From positions 1-44,367 of the forward strand of contig DATMXR010000112.1 of assembly GCA_035561315.1 (NCBI GenBank): DNA of 44,367 bases, given 5' to 3'. Within the stretch, counting starts at the first letter, position 1; every line of letters starts with the position of its first letter. The notes under the pieces are model-generated. The model saw nothing but the letters and a program-made list of their open reading frames with translations. It did no database searches and was not told the origin of the DNA. This DNA comes from Feifaniaceae bacterium (lineage in GTDB: Bacteria; Bacillota; Clostridia; Christensenellales; CAG-138). Of this stretch, positions 1-9,039 are shown piece by piece. A program made the position numbers and the translations under genes.

Positions 1-31
1 CTTTTTTGTCCGCCTTAACTATCCCAACGGC

Positions 32-1510
32 TCAAAGCTCCATATTTAAAAAGTTTTTCTCGATGATTTCGGAAAACTCCTCTATTTCTTTGATATGGCC
101 CTGCTTGTCCCGTATGACGCCCCTGTTGCAGATGCTCAGCAGCTCTGAAATGTCGGAAGTAATCAGAATGACCGCCAGGCCGTTTTCACGCATCTCGTTC
201 ATATAATCATAAATGGCCTGGGTCTCGATGGGATCATAGTTGAGCGAAGGGTCCTTCACGACAACGATCTTCCAGTTCACCAGCTTGTGCATTTCCATCA
301 TCAGCCTGAACCGCTGCCTGTAGCTGAGCATGGATGCGTTGCATGTCAGGTCGATCCCTTCGAGCTTGCCCTTGTGCTCATTGAGCAGGTACCGCATGAC
401 GCGCCCGCTGATTACTCCCGCATGGCTGCACGCCTTATCATAACATCTGACGGACATGTTGCCCAGGGCGTCCTGATCCAGAAACAGCACGTCATTGCAT
501 TGATCGGGCACCAGGCCGATGCCCGCCTGAAAGACATTCCAGTAATCCCTTGCCGCGACCGGCTTGCGGTTGACATATACGCCGTCCGCCAAGTCCGCGC
601 CATAAAACAGAAGCCTGCAAATCAGATCCCCCAGCACTCCGTCGTCATAAACGCCAAGCACCTCGCCGCAGTGCGCTTTCACATCCAGTGTCTGCTCGTC
701 CGTAATGCGCAGCCCCCGGATGGAAAAGCACTCTTCGCCCACCCTGTCAGGCCTGCACCGGACCGCGTTGCGGCGGAACCGCTCGTTTCCAAACAGGTAA
801 TTGTCAAACTCTTCGCGGTTGAACCCGCCCTGGTAGAGCGTGCGCGCAACCCTGCCCCGGCTGAGCATGATGATGCGGTCCGCAACGGAGAGCGTGCTGT
901 TAAAGCGGTTGCCTATCACCATGAAAGAGATTTTTTCCTGTTTCAATTTCCGGCATAACGCAATCAGCTCCGTATGGCTGTCCTCATGGTCAAACACATA
1001 AAACAGATCGCTGAGTATGATCAGCTTGCCGCCGTTCATACCGGCTTTTACAATCTCAAGCAGATATTTTTCGGTCGGAGTCAGGGATAAAACGCTTTTT
1101 TTGCATAAGCCCCCCAACCCGTACTTTTCCAAGATCTCCGATACGTATTCGCCCTGGGACTTTCGCCTGAAAATGCGGCGTCCCGCAACGGCTCCATTCA
1201 TCAGGCACAAATTTTCAACGACGCTTAAAGAATCGACCATTGTCGAATTGCGCATCACATAATAAATACCGGCCTGGCGCGCCTGGGCAACCGAAGCCGC
1301 GCCATATTCCCTGTTTTCGAGCAGTATCGTCCCGCCGGTGGGCTCCGCCTCCCCCATCAGCAGCTTAACCAGCGCGCTCTTGCCCGTATCGTTCAAGCCG
1401 ATCAGGCCGACGATCTCGCCCGCAAAGACCTGGAAATTCAGCCCGGACAGCAGCCGCCTGTCGTCTTCGACCATGCAGACATTCCGGAATTGCAAAAGCT
1501 CATATTTCAT
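32..1510 (-). CDS. CUT2 (RbsA/MglA-like) tandem-NBD ABC ATPase homologue with degenerate catalytic motifs (probable non-hydrolysing pseudo-ATPase)
   Basis: 492-aa ORF. The NBD1 Walker A (GLNDTGKS) is kept. I compared it by eye with the intact paralogue at 6493-7986. In NBD1 the Q-loop Gln is Arg (IIHQE vs VMRNS), the signature LSVAEKQ becomes LSLTPTEKY, the catalytic Glu after Walker B is Leu (LVLDEP vs ILSDLF) and the H-loop His is Asn (ISHR vs IGNR). NBD2 has no Walker A (GVYDDGVLGD vs GLMGAGRTE) and FDEP becomes VKDP. The start overlaps the kinase gene end by 11 nt. Confidence 0.75.
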   Translation of the reverse strand: MKYELLQFRNVCMVEDDRRLLSGLNFQVFAGEIVGLIGLNDTGKSALVKLLMGEAEPTGGTILLENREYGAASVAQARQAGIYYVMRNSTMVDSLSVVENLCLMNGAVAGRRIFRRKSQGEYVSEILEKYGLGGLCKKSVLSLTPTEKYLLEIVKAGMNGGKLIILSDLFYVFDHEDSHTELIALCRKLKQEKISFMVIGNRFNSTLSVADRIIMLSRGRVARTLYQGGFNREEFDNYLFGNERFRRNAVRCRPDRVGEECFSIRGLRITDEQTLDVKAHCGEVLGVYDDGVLGDLICRLLFYGADLADGVYVNRKPVAARDYWNVFQAGIGLVPDQCNDVLFLDQDALGNMSVRCYDKACSHAGVISGRVMRYLLNEHKGKLEGIDLTCNASMLSYRQRFRLMMEMHKLVNWKIVVVKDPSLNYDPIETQAIYDYMNEMRENGLAVILITSDISELLSICNRGVIRDKQGHIKEIEEFSEIIEKNFLNMEL

Positions 1511-2555
1511 CGTTCAGCTTCGTTTCCAGAGGCAGCATAATATGCACCTCTGTTCCCCCGTCTTTCACGCTGTTCACGCAAATGCAGTTTTTGACGTCGT
1601 AGAGCAGCTCCAGCCTGGCCGCCACATTGAGCAGCGCGATTCCCGTATGGCGTTTGTCCTCGTAATCGAAATTTGCGGCGCCTTGTTCCAGCTGCTCGCA
1701 CACTTTTGCCAAGGTATCCGCATCCATACCGACCCCGTCGTCCTCCACCGTGATATACAAATGATGGTCCGACAGGAATACGCGGATGGTAATGGTGCCG
1801 GGGCCCGCTTTTTTCTCCAGCCCGTGCAGGATGGCGTTTTCAACAATGGGCTGGAACGTCAGCTTGGGGAGCATAAATCCCATGATGCCGTCATCGTTTT
1901 CATCGATCACCTTGACCAGCTTAAAGCGGTTGAAGAAACGGTAATTCATAATGCGGATATAATCTTCCACGTTTTCAAGCTCTTCCTCCAGCGAAATGAT
2001 GGAGCTTTTCGAGCTGATATTATATCGGAACAAATTGGAAAGCGCTTCAAGCATATCCGCCGTTTCATACAGATGCTCGGCCATCACCTGCCCGCGTACG
2101 GAATCGAGCGCATTATACAAAAAGTGCGGATTGATCTGGCTTTGCAAGGAAATATACTCCGCCTGCTTTTTGAGCATGAGCATCTTATGCTCGTTTTCGA
2201 TCGGCTTCAGCTTTTTAGACAGCATGTCTTCGAGTTCGCTTTTGAATGCCAGTTTGCCTTCGGCCGCCTTATGGAGCTCTATCTCCCGGTCTTCGCCGAA
2301 CAATTCTTCCAGCATGGATAAGGGCGCCTTCATATACGCGGCGAACAGCCCCCAGCAGGTCACATACACGAGGAGAAAGCAGACGAAAGCGCCTATCCTG
2401 CCCGTCCACCGGAAGCCCTCCCCCGCCGTAACAAGCCACGCGATCACGCCAAATACCATCAGGCTCTGTATGAGGGCAAACGCAATAAAGTTCTTTTGAA
2501 ACAGAAAGCGATTGCGATCCTTTTTGAAACGGGACGCGGCCAAACGCATTGCCAT
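1500..2555 (-). CDS. Sensor histidine kinase, YesM/LytS-type (His_kinase + HATPase_c), with no extracytoplasmic sensor domain
   Basis: 351 aa. It has the QINPHFLYNALDSVRG phospho-acceptor box and the VEDDGVGMD ATPase motif. Two N-terminal hydrophobic helices are separated by only about 9 residues (GEGFRWTGR). RBS AAAGGAGG lies upstream of the ATG at 2555. Confidence 0.9.
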   Translation of the reverse strand: MAMRLAASRFKKDRNRFLFQKNFIAFALIQSLMVFGVIAWLVTAGEGFRWTGRIGAFVCFLLVYVTCWGLFAAYMKAPLSMLEELFGEDREIELHKAAEGKLAFKSELEDMLSKKLKPIENEHKMLMLKKQAEYISLQSQINPHFLYNALDSVRGQVMAEHLYETADMLEALSNLFRYNISSKSSIISLEEELENVEDYIRIMNYRFFNRFKLVKVIDENDDGIMGFMLPKLTFQPIVENAILHGLEKKAGPGTITIRVFLSDHHLYITVEDDGVGMDADTLAKVCEQLEQGAANFDYEDKRHTGIALLNVAARLELLYDVKNCICVNSVKDGGTEVHIMLPLETKLNDEI

Positions 2556-2564
2556 AGGCCTCCT

Positions 2565-4154
2565 TTACGAATGAATCCTGCGGAATTCCTTTGGCTTGAT
2601 GCCAACCGTCCGGGTGAACTGCTTGCTGAAATATTTCGGGTCCTGATATCCCACGCGGTCCGCAATTTCGGATATGTTCAGCATCGTATCCTTCAGCAGG
2701 CTTTTTGCCGTTTCCATGCGCACGTCCGTAATATACGAGACGATCGTCGTATCCATCTCTTTTTTAAAGAGCAGGCACAGATAATTCTTGCTCAAATTGA
2801 CCGCATCCGCAATATCATCCAGTGTAATTGCCTTTTGCATGTTCTGCTGGATATACTGTTTCGCGGCCCGGATAGGCGCGCTTTCTCTTGACCGTTTGCT
2901 CTCTTCGTATTCGCCGAACAGGCTTTCCAAATGCTCGCACATCGCATTTTGCATTCCCTGGAACGAAGTGCATTCCCCGAACGCATGCTCCAGCGGCTTC
3001 CATTGCCCGTATAAAATCGGCGGGTCCAGCGTTTCGCTTTTCTTTTTGACAATATCCAGCAGTTCATGCATCAGGCTTCGCAGCTGCCACGGCATGGCCC
3101 CATACTGCGGCTCAAAAGCCGCCGCCAGCTCGCGGACGCTTTTGCACAGCCCGGGCCCGTCCAGCGCCTCCACATACTGCTGGATCTGCTTTTCCTGCGC
3201 GCGCTCCAGAAGCTTATACGGCTTGCCGATGCGGATCTTTTCCGCAAAAATTACCTCTTTGTTGCCGATGACGCATTTGCACAGCACGGTTTCCACCGCT
3301 TCATGCATGCTGTATGCGATATCGTGCCCCGGCTCGTACGCGCGGCTTACCGCCATCGCCAGGGCAAGATGCTTGTAGGCTTCCAGCCTCGTCTTGATTT
3401 GCCCGAATCCTTTCTGCGAAAGCCGGTACAATGCGGCGATATCCTTTTGCATAGTGGAAATCACGCACAGGACAGTATCGTTTATCCGTATGGTCTCGAT
3501 CTCGGTGCATTTGGGTTCGTAGATGATGTGGAGCAGGTTTTCTATCTTTTCGAGTATTTTTGTGTCGCTTTCGCTGAACGAATAGGATAAATCCGCTTTC
3601 ACGGCGATGGCCATATGGGTCCCCTGCATGAAATACGTCTGCTTTTCCGATGCGTTTTCCTTGACGGCCCCGTAATAGGAATCGCGCAGAAACTGCTGGC
3701 GTTTGGTCTGTTCGGCGACATCGAGCTTCTGCCTCAGCGTATCGATATACTCCCGCGATACGGTAACGTGGGATTTTTGCTCGCAAATATGGAGCAGCAC
3801 GTTGTTCAGGTCCCGCTTGTTGATGGGTTTGATCAGAAAATCCACAGCGCAGTATTTGAGCGCATGGTACGCATAATCAAACTGTTTGTAGCCGCTTATA
3901 ATGATGACCTGCGTGCCAAGCGACATCTGCTTTGCGTATTTTGCAAGCTCCAGTCCGCTGATGCCGGGCATTCTGATATCCGTAATCAGGATATCCGGCT
4001 TGAGCGTTTCGAGCATTTCTTTTGCGACCAGCCCGTCGTTTGCCTCGCCTATGGCGTACAGGCTCAGCTCGTTCCAATCAATCAGCTGATTGATCAATTG
4101 TATGATTCTCGGTTCATCGTCTGCAATCAGCACAGAAAGGTTGTGATCGGCCAT
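2565..4154 (-). CDS. Response regulator with REC domain and C-terminal AraC-type HTH (YesN-like)
   Basis: REC motifs are LSVLIADDEP and PDILITDIRMPGISGLEL. The C-terminal AraC HTH reads ...ISEIADRVGYQDPKYFSKQFTRTVGIKPKEFR. I trimmed the start to the ATG at 4154 (MADHNLSV...), which is preceded by GGAGGGG. The ORF-track start at 4223 has no RBS. Confidence 0.9.
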   Translation of the reverse strand: MADHNLSVLIADDEPRIIQLINQLIDWNELSLYAIGEANDGLVAKEMLETLKPDILITDIRMPGISGLELAKYAKQMSLGTQVIIISGYKQFDYAYHALKYCAVDFLIKPINKRDLNNVLLHICEQKSHVTVSREYIDTLRQKLDVAEQTKRQQFLRDSYYGAVKENASEKQTYFMQGTHMAIAVKADLSYSFSESDTKILEKIENLLHIIYEPKCTEIETIRINDTVLCVISTMQKDIAALYRLSQKGFGQIKTRLEAYKHLALAMAVSRAYEPGHDIAYSMHEAVETVLCKCVIGNKEVIFAEKIRIGKPYKLLERAQEKQIQQYVEALDGPGLCKSVRELAAAFEPQYGAMPWQLRSLMHELLDIVKKKSETLDPPILYGQWKPLEHAFGECTSFQGMQNAMCEHLESLFGEYEESKRSRESAPIRAAKQYIQQNMQKAITLDDIADAVNLSKNYLCLLFKKEMDTTIVSYITDVRMETAKSLLKDTMLNISEIADRVGYQDPKYFSKQFTRTVGIKPKEFRRIHS

Positions 4155-4344
4155 AATACACCCCTCCGTGTATTCATTATTAGAAGCAATTTTAAGTATA
4201 TTGCCTGCCTTTTGAGAATGCAATCATCGCCCTCGATGCTCTTGATTAGTATATCCGAAAAAAATCCCCGGAACAGCAAAAAGCAAAGGCCATTGTGACG
4301 GCCTTCGGACAGATGGGAGTATGTGACGCGGAACATAACAATCG

Positions 4345-4380
4345 CCCGGCAATAAGGAGGCTTACCTCCTTATTGCCGGG
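4345..4380 (-). terminator. Perfect 16-bp stem / 4-nt loop hairpin downstream of the SBP gene (probable intrinsic terminator or attenuator between transporter and two-component genes)
   Basis: The sequence is cccggcaataaggagg-ctta-cctccttattgccggg, a perfect inverted repeat. On the minus-strand RNA it is followed by a moderately U-rich tract (cgauuguuauguuc). It lies 17 nt after the SBP stop. Confidence 0.6.
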
Positions 4381-4396
4381 TACCGGGCCGGATTAC

Positions 4397-5443
4397 TTAG
4401 TTTTTCCCATATGGATACAGCAGCTTTACCACGTTTTCATCGTTGATGTTGTCCAACGTCACGAATGTTGTCTTCGTTTCAATATTCGCTTCCACCGGCT
4501 CGTTCTTGAGCGCCTTATAGGCCGCCTCAACAGCCTGATAGGCCATCATGAACGGATCCTGGGAAACAAAGCCCTGCATCACGCCGTCGTTCAGATAGGA
4601 GATGTTCTGCTCGCACGCGTCAAACCCGACAAATACCAGCTTGCCCTTCATGTTCTTCTCGATAATGGCGGTGCCCGCGCCTATGGAGGTAATGTCATTG
4701 TTTGCGAAGATGCCGGCCAGGTCCGGGTTGGCCGTCATGGAGTCCGTCGCAATGGCGATGGCCCTGTTCAGATCGCCCTGCGCGTACTGTATGGAAATGA
4801 TCTCCACTTCCGGGTACAGCTCGGCCATTTTATCTGCAAAGCCGTTGCACCGGTTGACGGACCCCTGTGCGGCGTCGCTCGTGCCGATCACAACAATCTT
4901 GCCTTTTCCGCCGAGCAGTTCGCCCATCTTTTCGGCGGCCGCGCCGCCCGCGACGTAATTATCCGTCGCCACATGGGACACCGCGACATCGCTCGCCAGT
5001 ATGGAGTTGTAGGTCACGATCTTAACGCCTTTGGCCGCGGCGCTTTCCACCACCGGCACCATGCCCTCCGTATCCAGGGCCGCGATGCAGATGGCGTCGG
5101 CGCCTTTATTGACGGCGTTTTCAACCAAATTCACCTGCTGGTCGATCGAAGCCTCCGTATCGCACCCTTCATAAGTCAATTTGATTCCCAGATCCTGTCC
5201 GGCCGTTTCGGCGCCAAGCTGCACCGTTTTCCAAAAGTCGCCCGCGTAAGCCTTGGAAATAAAGGCAACATAAAGGTCCTCGTCCGTCTTGGCCGGTTCC
5301 GCCGCCTCTTCGGGCGCTTCCGTCTGCGCAGGCTGCGCGCTCGCTTCCGGCTGGGGCTGGGGCTGGCTTGCCTGTTCCGGCGCGCAGGCAAAGGCGCTCA
5401 GCACCATAGCGATAACCAACAGCATCAATACAGTTTTTTTCAT
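4397..5443 (-). CDS. Sugar ABC transporter substrate-binding lipoprotein (RbsB/periplasmic-binding-protein type I family)
   Basis: The lipoprotein signal is MKKTVLMLLVIAMVLSAFAC, followed by a Pro/Gln/Glu/Ala-rich linker and then a PBP-I fold sequence (VAFISKAYAGDFW..., VTYNS..., FVGFDA...). The start at 5443 is preceded by AGGAGGAAGT. Confidence 0.9.
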   Translation of the reverse strand: MKKTVLMLLVIAMVLSAFACAPEQASQPQPQPEASAQPAQTEAPEEAAEPAKTDEDLYVAFISKAYAGDFWKTVQLGAETAGQDLGIKLTYEGCDTEASIDQQVNLVENAVNKGADAICIAALDTEGMVPVVESAAAKGVKIVTYNSILASDVAVSHVATDNYVAGGAAAEKMGELLGGKGKIVVIGTSDAAQGSVNRCNGFADKMAELYPEVEIISIQYAQGDLNRAIAIATDSMTANPDLAGIFANNDITSIGAGTAIIEKNMKGKLVFVGFDACEQNISYLNDGVMQGFVSQDPFMMAYQAVEAAYKALKNEPVEANIETKTTFVTLDNINDENVVKLLYPYGKN

Positions 5444-5497
5444 ACTTCCTCCTGATAAGTTAATTGACTCCTCTCGCCTGAAGCAGTGCATGATAGG

Positions 5498-6472
5498 CTA
5501 TTTCCTGTTTTTCATGTTCCGTACCCTGTCAAGGTACACCGCAAAAACAAGCACAACGCCCGTCGCGACCTGCTGCCAGTTTTGAGAAACATTTAATAAA
5601 TTCAAACCGTTCATCAGCACGCCCATAACAAATGCGCCCAATACCGTTCCGCTGATGGAACCGTGCCCGCCCGACATGGAGGCGCCGCCAATTACCGCGG
5701 CCGCCACCGCGCTGCCCTCGTAGCCCACGCCGATCGTCGGCTGGCCGGAATTTACCCTGGACGCGAATATGATGCCCGCGATAGACGCCATTGTCGCGCT
5801 TACCATGTAGGCAAAGACCCTGACCTTGACAATATTGACCCCCGAAAGCCGCGCGGACTCCTCGTTGCTGCCCACCGCGTAGATATGCCGCCCGATCACA
5901 AGCTTTCGCAATATGAATGAAGCGACCAGCGCGACCGCTATCATATAGATGATCGGCATGGGCATGAAATCGAACAGATAGGTTTGCGCAATCGCCTTAA
6001 AGGCGGGCGTGTTGTTTACAAATATGGATTTCGCGTCCGTAATGACCATAGCAAGCCCGCGCAAATACATCTGCGCCGCAAGCGTGGTGATAAAAGGCGG
6101 GATTTTGCCGCGCGCAACGATGATCCCGTTGGTGAACCCCACCAGGCAGCCCAGCGCGAGCCCCGCCAGCAGCGCCAGCCACAGCGGGTACCCGGCCTTG
6201 AGTACCAGCGTTACGATACAGCCGGACAGGGCGACCGTTGAGCCCAGCGACAGATCGATGGCGCCCGCTATGATATCGAACGTCATGCCGAAAGCGCATA
6301 TCGTCGTGATCGACGCCTGCATGGCGATGGTCATAATATTGTCCACCGTCAGGAACCAGGGGCTTGCGATCGAAAACAGCGTGCACATTCCCAGAAGCAC
6401 AAAAGCGACCACAATTTTTTGCAGCTGCTCGTTATTCAGGTTGTTTTTGTTGAGTACTTTGATATTCGCCAT
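5498..6472 (-). CDS. Sugar ABC transporter permease (RbsC/BPD_transp_2 family)
   Basis: The protein is polytopic and hydrophobic, with typical RbsC-like segments (IDLSLGSTVAL..., GGASMSGGHGSISGTVLGA). The ATG at 6472 (MANIKV...) has an upstream GAAGGAG. The alternative ATG at 6499 has no RBS. Confidence 0.88.
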   Translation of the reverse strand: MANIKVLNKNNLNNEQLQKIVVAFVLLGMCTLFSIASPWFLTVDNIMTIAMQASITTICAFGMTFDIIAGAIDLSLGSTVALSGCIVTLVLKAGYPLWLALLAGLALGCLVGFTNGIIVARGKIPPFITTLAAQMYLRGLAMVITDAKSIFVNNTPAFKAIAQTYLFDFMPMPIIYMIAVALVASFILRKLVIGRHIYAVGSNEESARLSGVNIVKVRVFAYMVSATMASIAGIIFASRVNSGQPTIGVGYEGSAVAAAVIGGASMSGGHGSISGTVLGAFVMGVLMNGLNLLNVSQNWQQVATGVVLVFAVYLDRVRNMKNRK

Positions 6473-6492
6473 GATGCCTTGCGCTCCTTCAA

Positions 6493-7986
6493 CTAACATG
6501 TAGTGGATGCAAACTGCAGAATTCTTTCCTGCGTTGCTTCCTTGTTATTCAACTCGCCGGTTATTTTCCCTTCGCACATCACCACGATACGGTCGCTCAT
6601 GCCCAGTATTTCAGGCATCTCCGAGGAGATCATGATGATGCCCAGCCCTCGTGCCGCCAGTTTGTTCATCAGGGAATACACCTCGAACTTTGCACCGACG
6701 TCGATGCCGCGCGTAGGCTCGTCGAATATGATCAGCTTCGATTCTTTACAGAGCCACCGGCCGATCAATACCTTTTGCTGGTTGCCCCCGCTCAGGTTGG
6801 AAACGATCTGCGTGGCGGAGGGCGTCTTTATGTGCAGCTCCTCGATCCTGGCCGCAACCTCCTCTGCGCACAGCCTGTCGTTTATGATTCCATATTTGGA
6901 ATATCCGGCGAGATTGGTTACCGTAATGTTGGTATCCACCTGGAGGTCCAGAAACAGCCCGTCATACTTCCTGTCTTCGGTCAGATATGCGATGCCGTGC
7001 TTGATCGCGTCGGCAATGCTGTGTATTTTTACCTCTTGCCCTTCCATATAAAAGCTGCCGGATTCCGCCGGTTCCGCTCCGAATATGGCCCTTGCAAGCT
7101 CCGTGCGGCCCGCGCCCATCAACCCGGCCAATCCCAGTATCTCGCCCGCGCGCACCTGAATCGACGCATCCTTGACCGCATTGCCGCGGCGGACGTGCTT
7201 CGCTTCAAACACCACGTCTCCGATATCGGAGTGGCGCGGCGGAAATTTATCCACCAGCGGGCGGCCGACCATCATGCAGATCAGCTCGTCCATGCTGGTA
7301 TCCTTCCAGAGCTTCGTGGCCACATAGCAGCCGTCGCGCAATACCGTCACGCGGTCGACGATATGTTCAAACTCCTCAAGCCTGTGCGAAATATAAATGA
7401 TGCCCGTGCCGCGCTCGCGCAGCGTGCGGATGATCTCAAACAGCCGGGTCACTTCGCTGTCCGTCAGCGCCGAGGTGGGCTCATCCAGCACCAGAATATC
7501 CGATTCGACGATGAGCGCCTTCGCGATTTCCACCATCTGCTTCTCCGCGACGCTCAGTTCCGCGATCGCCCTGCGGCAGTCGATATTTACCCCCAGCTCA
7601 TCCAGTTTGCTCTGGGCCATGGTTCTCATCGCTTCGTCGTCGATCAGGAGATTGCGGAGCTTTTTTGGCTCGCGGGTAATATAGATGTTTTCCGCCACGC
7701 TCAGGTCGGGCAGAAGATTGAATTCCTGGTGGATAATGCTGATGCCGATATCCTGCGCTTCCCTGGGGTTGGCCGCGTTTAAAGGCTGCCCTTTGTATAT
7801 CATTTCGCCCTCGTCCGCGCGGTGTATGCCGGTCAGTATTTTTACAAGGGTGGATTTTCCGGCGCCGTTTTCCCCGATCAGCGCGTGGACCTCCCCTCTT
7901 CTCAGCTCAAAATCCACACCGTCCAACGCCTTTACGCCCGGAAAATGTTTTTTTATGCCCTTCATTTCCAAAAGAATTTCTGTCAT
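6493..7986 (-). CDS. Sugar ABC transporter ATP-binding protein, tandem NBD (RbsA/MglA-like, CUT2)
   Basis: NBD1 has [35 protein letters not shown] and ISHR. NBD2 has [19 protein letters not shown] and [11 protein letters not shown]. The start at 7986 ([10 protein letters not shown]) is preceded by GGAGAG. Confidence 0.92.
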   Translation of the reverse strand: MTEILLEMKGIKKHFPGVKALDGVDFELRRGEVHALIGENGAGKSTLVKILTGIHRADEGEMIYKGQPLNAANPREAQDIGISIIHQEFNLLPDLSVAENIYITREPKKLRNLLIDDEAMRTMAQSKLDELGVNIDCRRAIAELSVAEKQMVEIAKALIVESDILVLDEPTSALTDSEVTRLFEIIRTLRERGTGIIYISHRLEEFEHIVDRVTVLRDGCYVATKLWKDTSMDELICMMVGRPLVDKFPPRHSDIGDVVFEAKHVRRGNAVKDASIQVRAGEILGLAGLMGAGRTELARAIFGAEPAESGSFYMEGQEVKIHSIADAIKHGIAYLTEDRKYDGLFLDLQVDTNITVTNLAGYSKYGIINDRLCAEEVAARIEELHIKTPSATQIVSNLSGGNQQKVLIGRWLCKESKLIIFDEPTRGIDVGAKFEVYSLMNKLAARGLGIIMISSEMPEILGMSDRIVVMCEGKITGELNNKEATQERILQFASTTC

Positions 7987-8051
7987 GTTTATCTCTCCAA
8001 CGTGCGGAATAAGGATGCGTATCAATTTGCATGGAAAAGCGTCATACCCAT

Positions 8052-8080
8052 ATTGTCATATGGCGGTTAAATTTGTGCAA
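8052..8080 (-). promoter_or_regulatory. Candidate sigma-A promoter for the ABC importer genes, with an overlapping 6-4-6 palindrome
   Basis: The minus strand reads TTGCAC-17 nt-GACAAT. The palindrome CCATAT-gaca-ATATGG (8048-8063) overlaps the -10 element. This rests on sequence pattern only. Confidence 0.3.
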
Positions 8081-8134
8081 GGTTTGGATATTACCAATAG
8101 GAGGAGAATATGATGATTCGGCGGGATACCGCCC

Positions 8135-9037
8135 CTATTTCACGACCTTAACGCGGGAGCCGGTAGAACACCGCAGCGTTTCGGCCGCGCGTTCCGCCGC
8201 CGCCATATCCGGCGGCTCCGTGCCTGCGTATGCGTAAGCAAGGCCCATATGCCCGTATTTTGCGGCCCCCAGCCGGTGAAACGGCAGCAGCTCGACCCGC
8301 GGTATCCCCAACCGGCAGGCGAGCGCCCCGCAGGCCTCGTAATGCCGCTCGTCCATATTGTATCCGGGTATCAGCGGAAGCCTGAGTACCACGTTTGCGT
8401 GGGCCGCGGCGTATGCGAGATTTTTCCGTATCAGCGTGCCGCTTACACCCGTCCCCGATACGTGCGCATCCGGGTCCAGATGTTTGATATCGAACAGCAC
8501 TTCATCGCACAGCGCAAGGAGTTCCCGGAACGTCTCCTCTTTGCAGTATCCGCAGGTTTCCAGCGCGACGCCGACCCCCTGCTTTTTTAAGAGCGCGGCC
8601 AGCGCATGCAGGAATTCCGGCTGCATGGTGGCTTCGCCGCCGGAAAACGTCGCTCCGCCGCCGGATTCTTCATAATAGCTGCGGTCGCGCAGTATGCTGT
8701 CCGCCACCTGCCCGGCGGTCGCCCGGTACCCGGATAGATGCAGCGCCCCGGAAGGGCACGCGCCTAAGCAACTGCCGCAGCCTTTACAGCGGGATCTGTC
8801 GAGCTTCAGCGCTTCGTCAAACCGGATGGCATTGTGCGGGCAGACGGCAACGCAGCTTTTGCAGCCCAGGCATTTGGAGCCGTCGTACAGAAGCACAGGC
8901 GATGCGGGCTGCGTTTCAGGATTGCTGCACCACCGGCACCGCAGCGGGCAGCCCTGAAAAAAGACCGTCGTCCGTATTCCGCTTCCGTCATGCAGGCAGA
9001 AGCGCTGTATATTGGTGATTATTCCGGTTGGTTCCAT
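8135..9037 (-). CDS. Glycyl-radical enzyme activating protein (radical SAM, with two auxiliary ferredoxin-type clusters)
   Basis: The radical-SAM CX3CX2C motif is CPLRCRWCSNPE. Two further cluster motifs are CLGCKSCVAVCP and CKGCGSCLGACP. The gene starts immediately after the GRE stop (9040). Confidence 0.92.
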   Translation of the reverse strand: MEPTGIITNIQRFCLHDGSGIRTTVFFQGCPLRCRWCSNPETQPASPVLLYDGSKCLGCKSCVAVCPHNAIRFDEALKLDRSRCKGCGSCLGACPSGALHLSGYRATAGQVADSILRDRSYYEESGGGATFSGGEATMQPEFLHALAALLKKQGVGVALETCGYCKEETFRELLALCDEVLFDIKHLDPDAHVSGTGVSGTLIRKNLAYAAAHANVVLRLPLIPGYNMDERHYEACGALACRLGIPRVELLPFHRLGAAKYGHMGLAYAYAGTEPPDMAAAERAAETLRCSTGSRVKVVK

Positions 9038-9039
9038 GC

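Noticed and set aside
4295-5455. A 386-aa plus-strand ORF antisense to the SBP gene. There are similar long shadow ORFs at 287-958, 1338-2321, 6775-7782, 10165-10914, 13740-14768, 14696-15892, 20282-21361, 23707-24264, 24355-25176, 31696-32733, 35046-35894, 36515-37246 and 39450-40682.
   Set aside because: Each lies entirely opposite or out of frame to a gene with clear family motifs. Each has the Arg/His/Gly/Ala/Pro-rich composition typical of antisense frames in GC-rich DNA. None shows a recognisable motif or RBS.
8121-8134. A small hairpin, ggcgg-gata-ccgcc, just downstream of the GRE activase stop, considered as a terminator.
   Set aside because: It has only a 5-bp stem and no U-tract in the transcribed (minus) direction. 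Read-through into the importer genes cannot be excluded, so I did not call it as a terminator.
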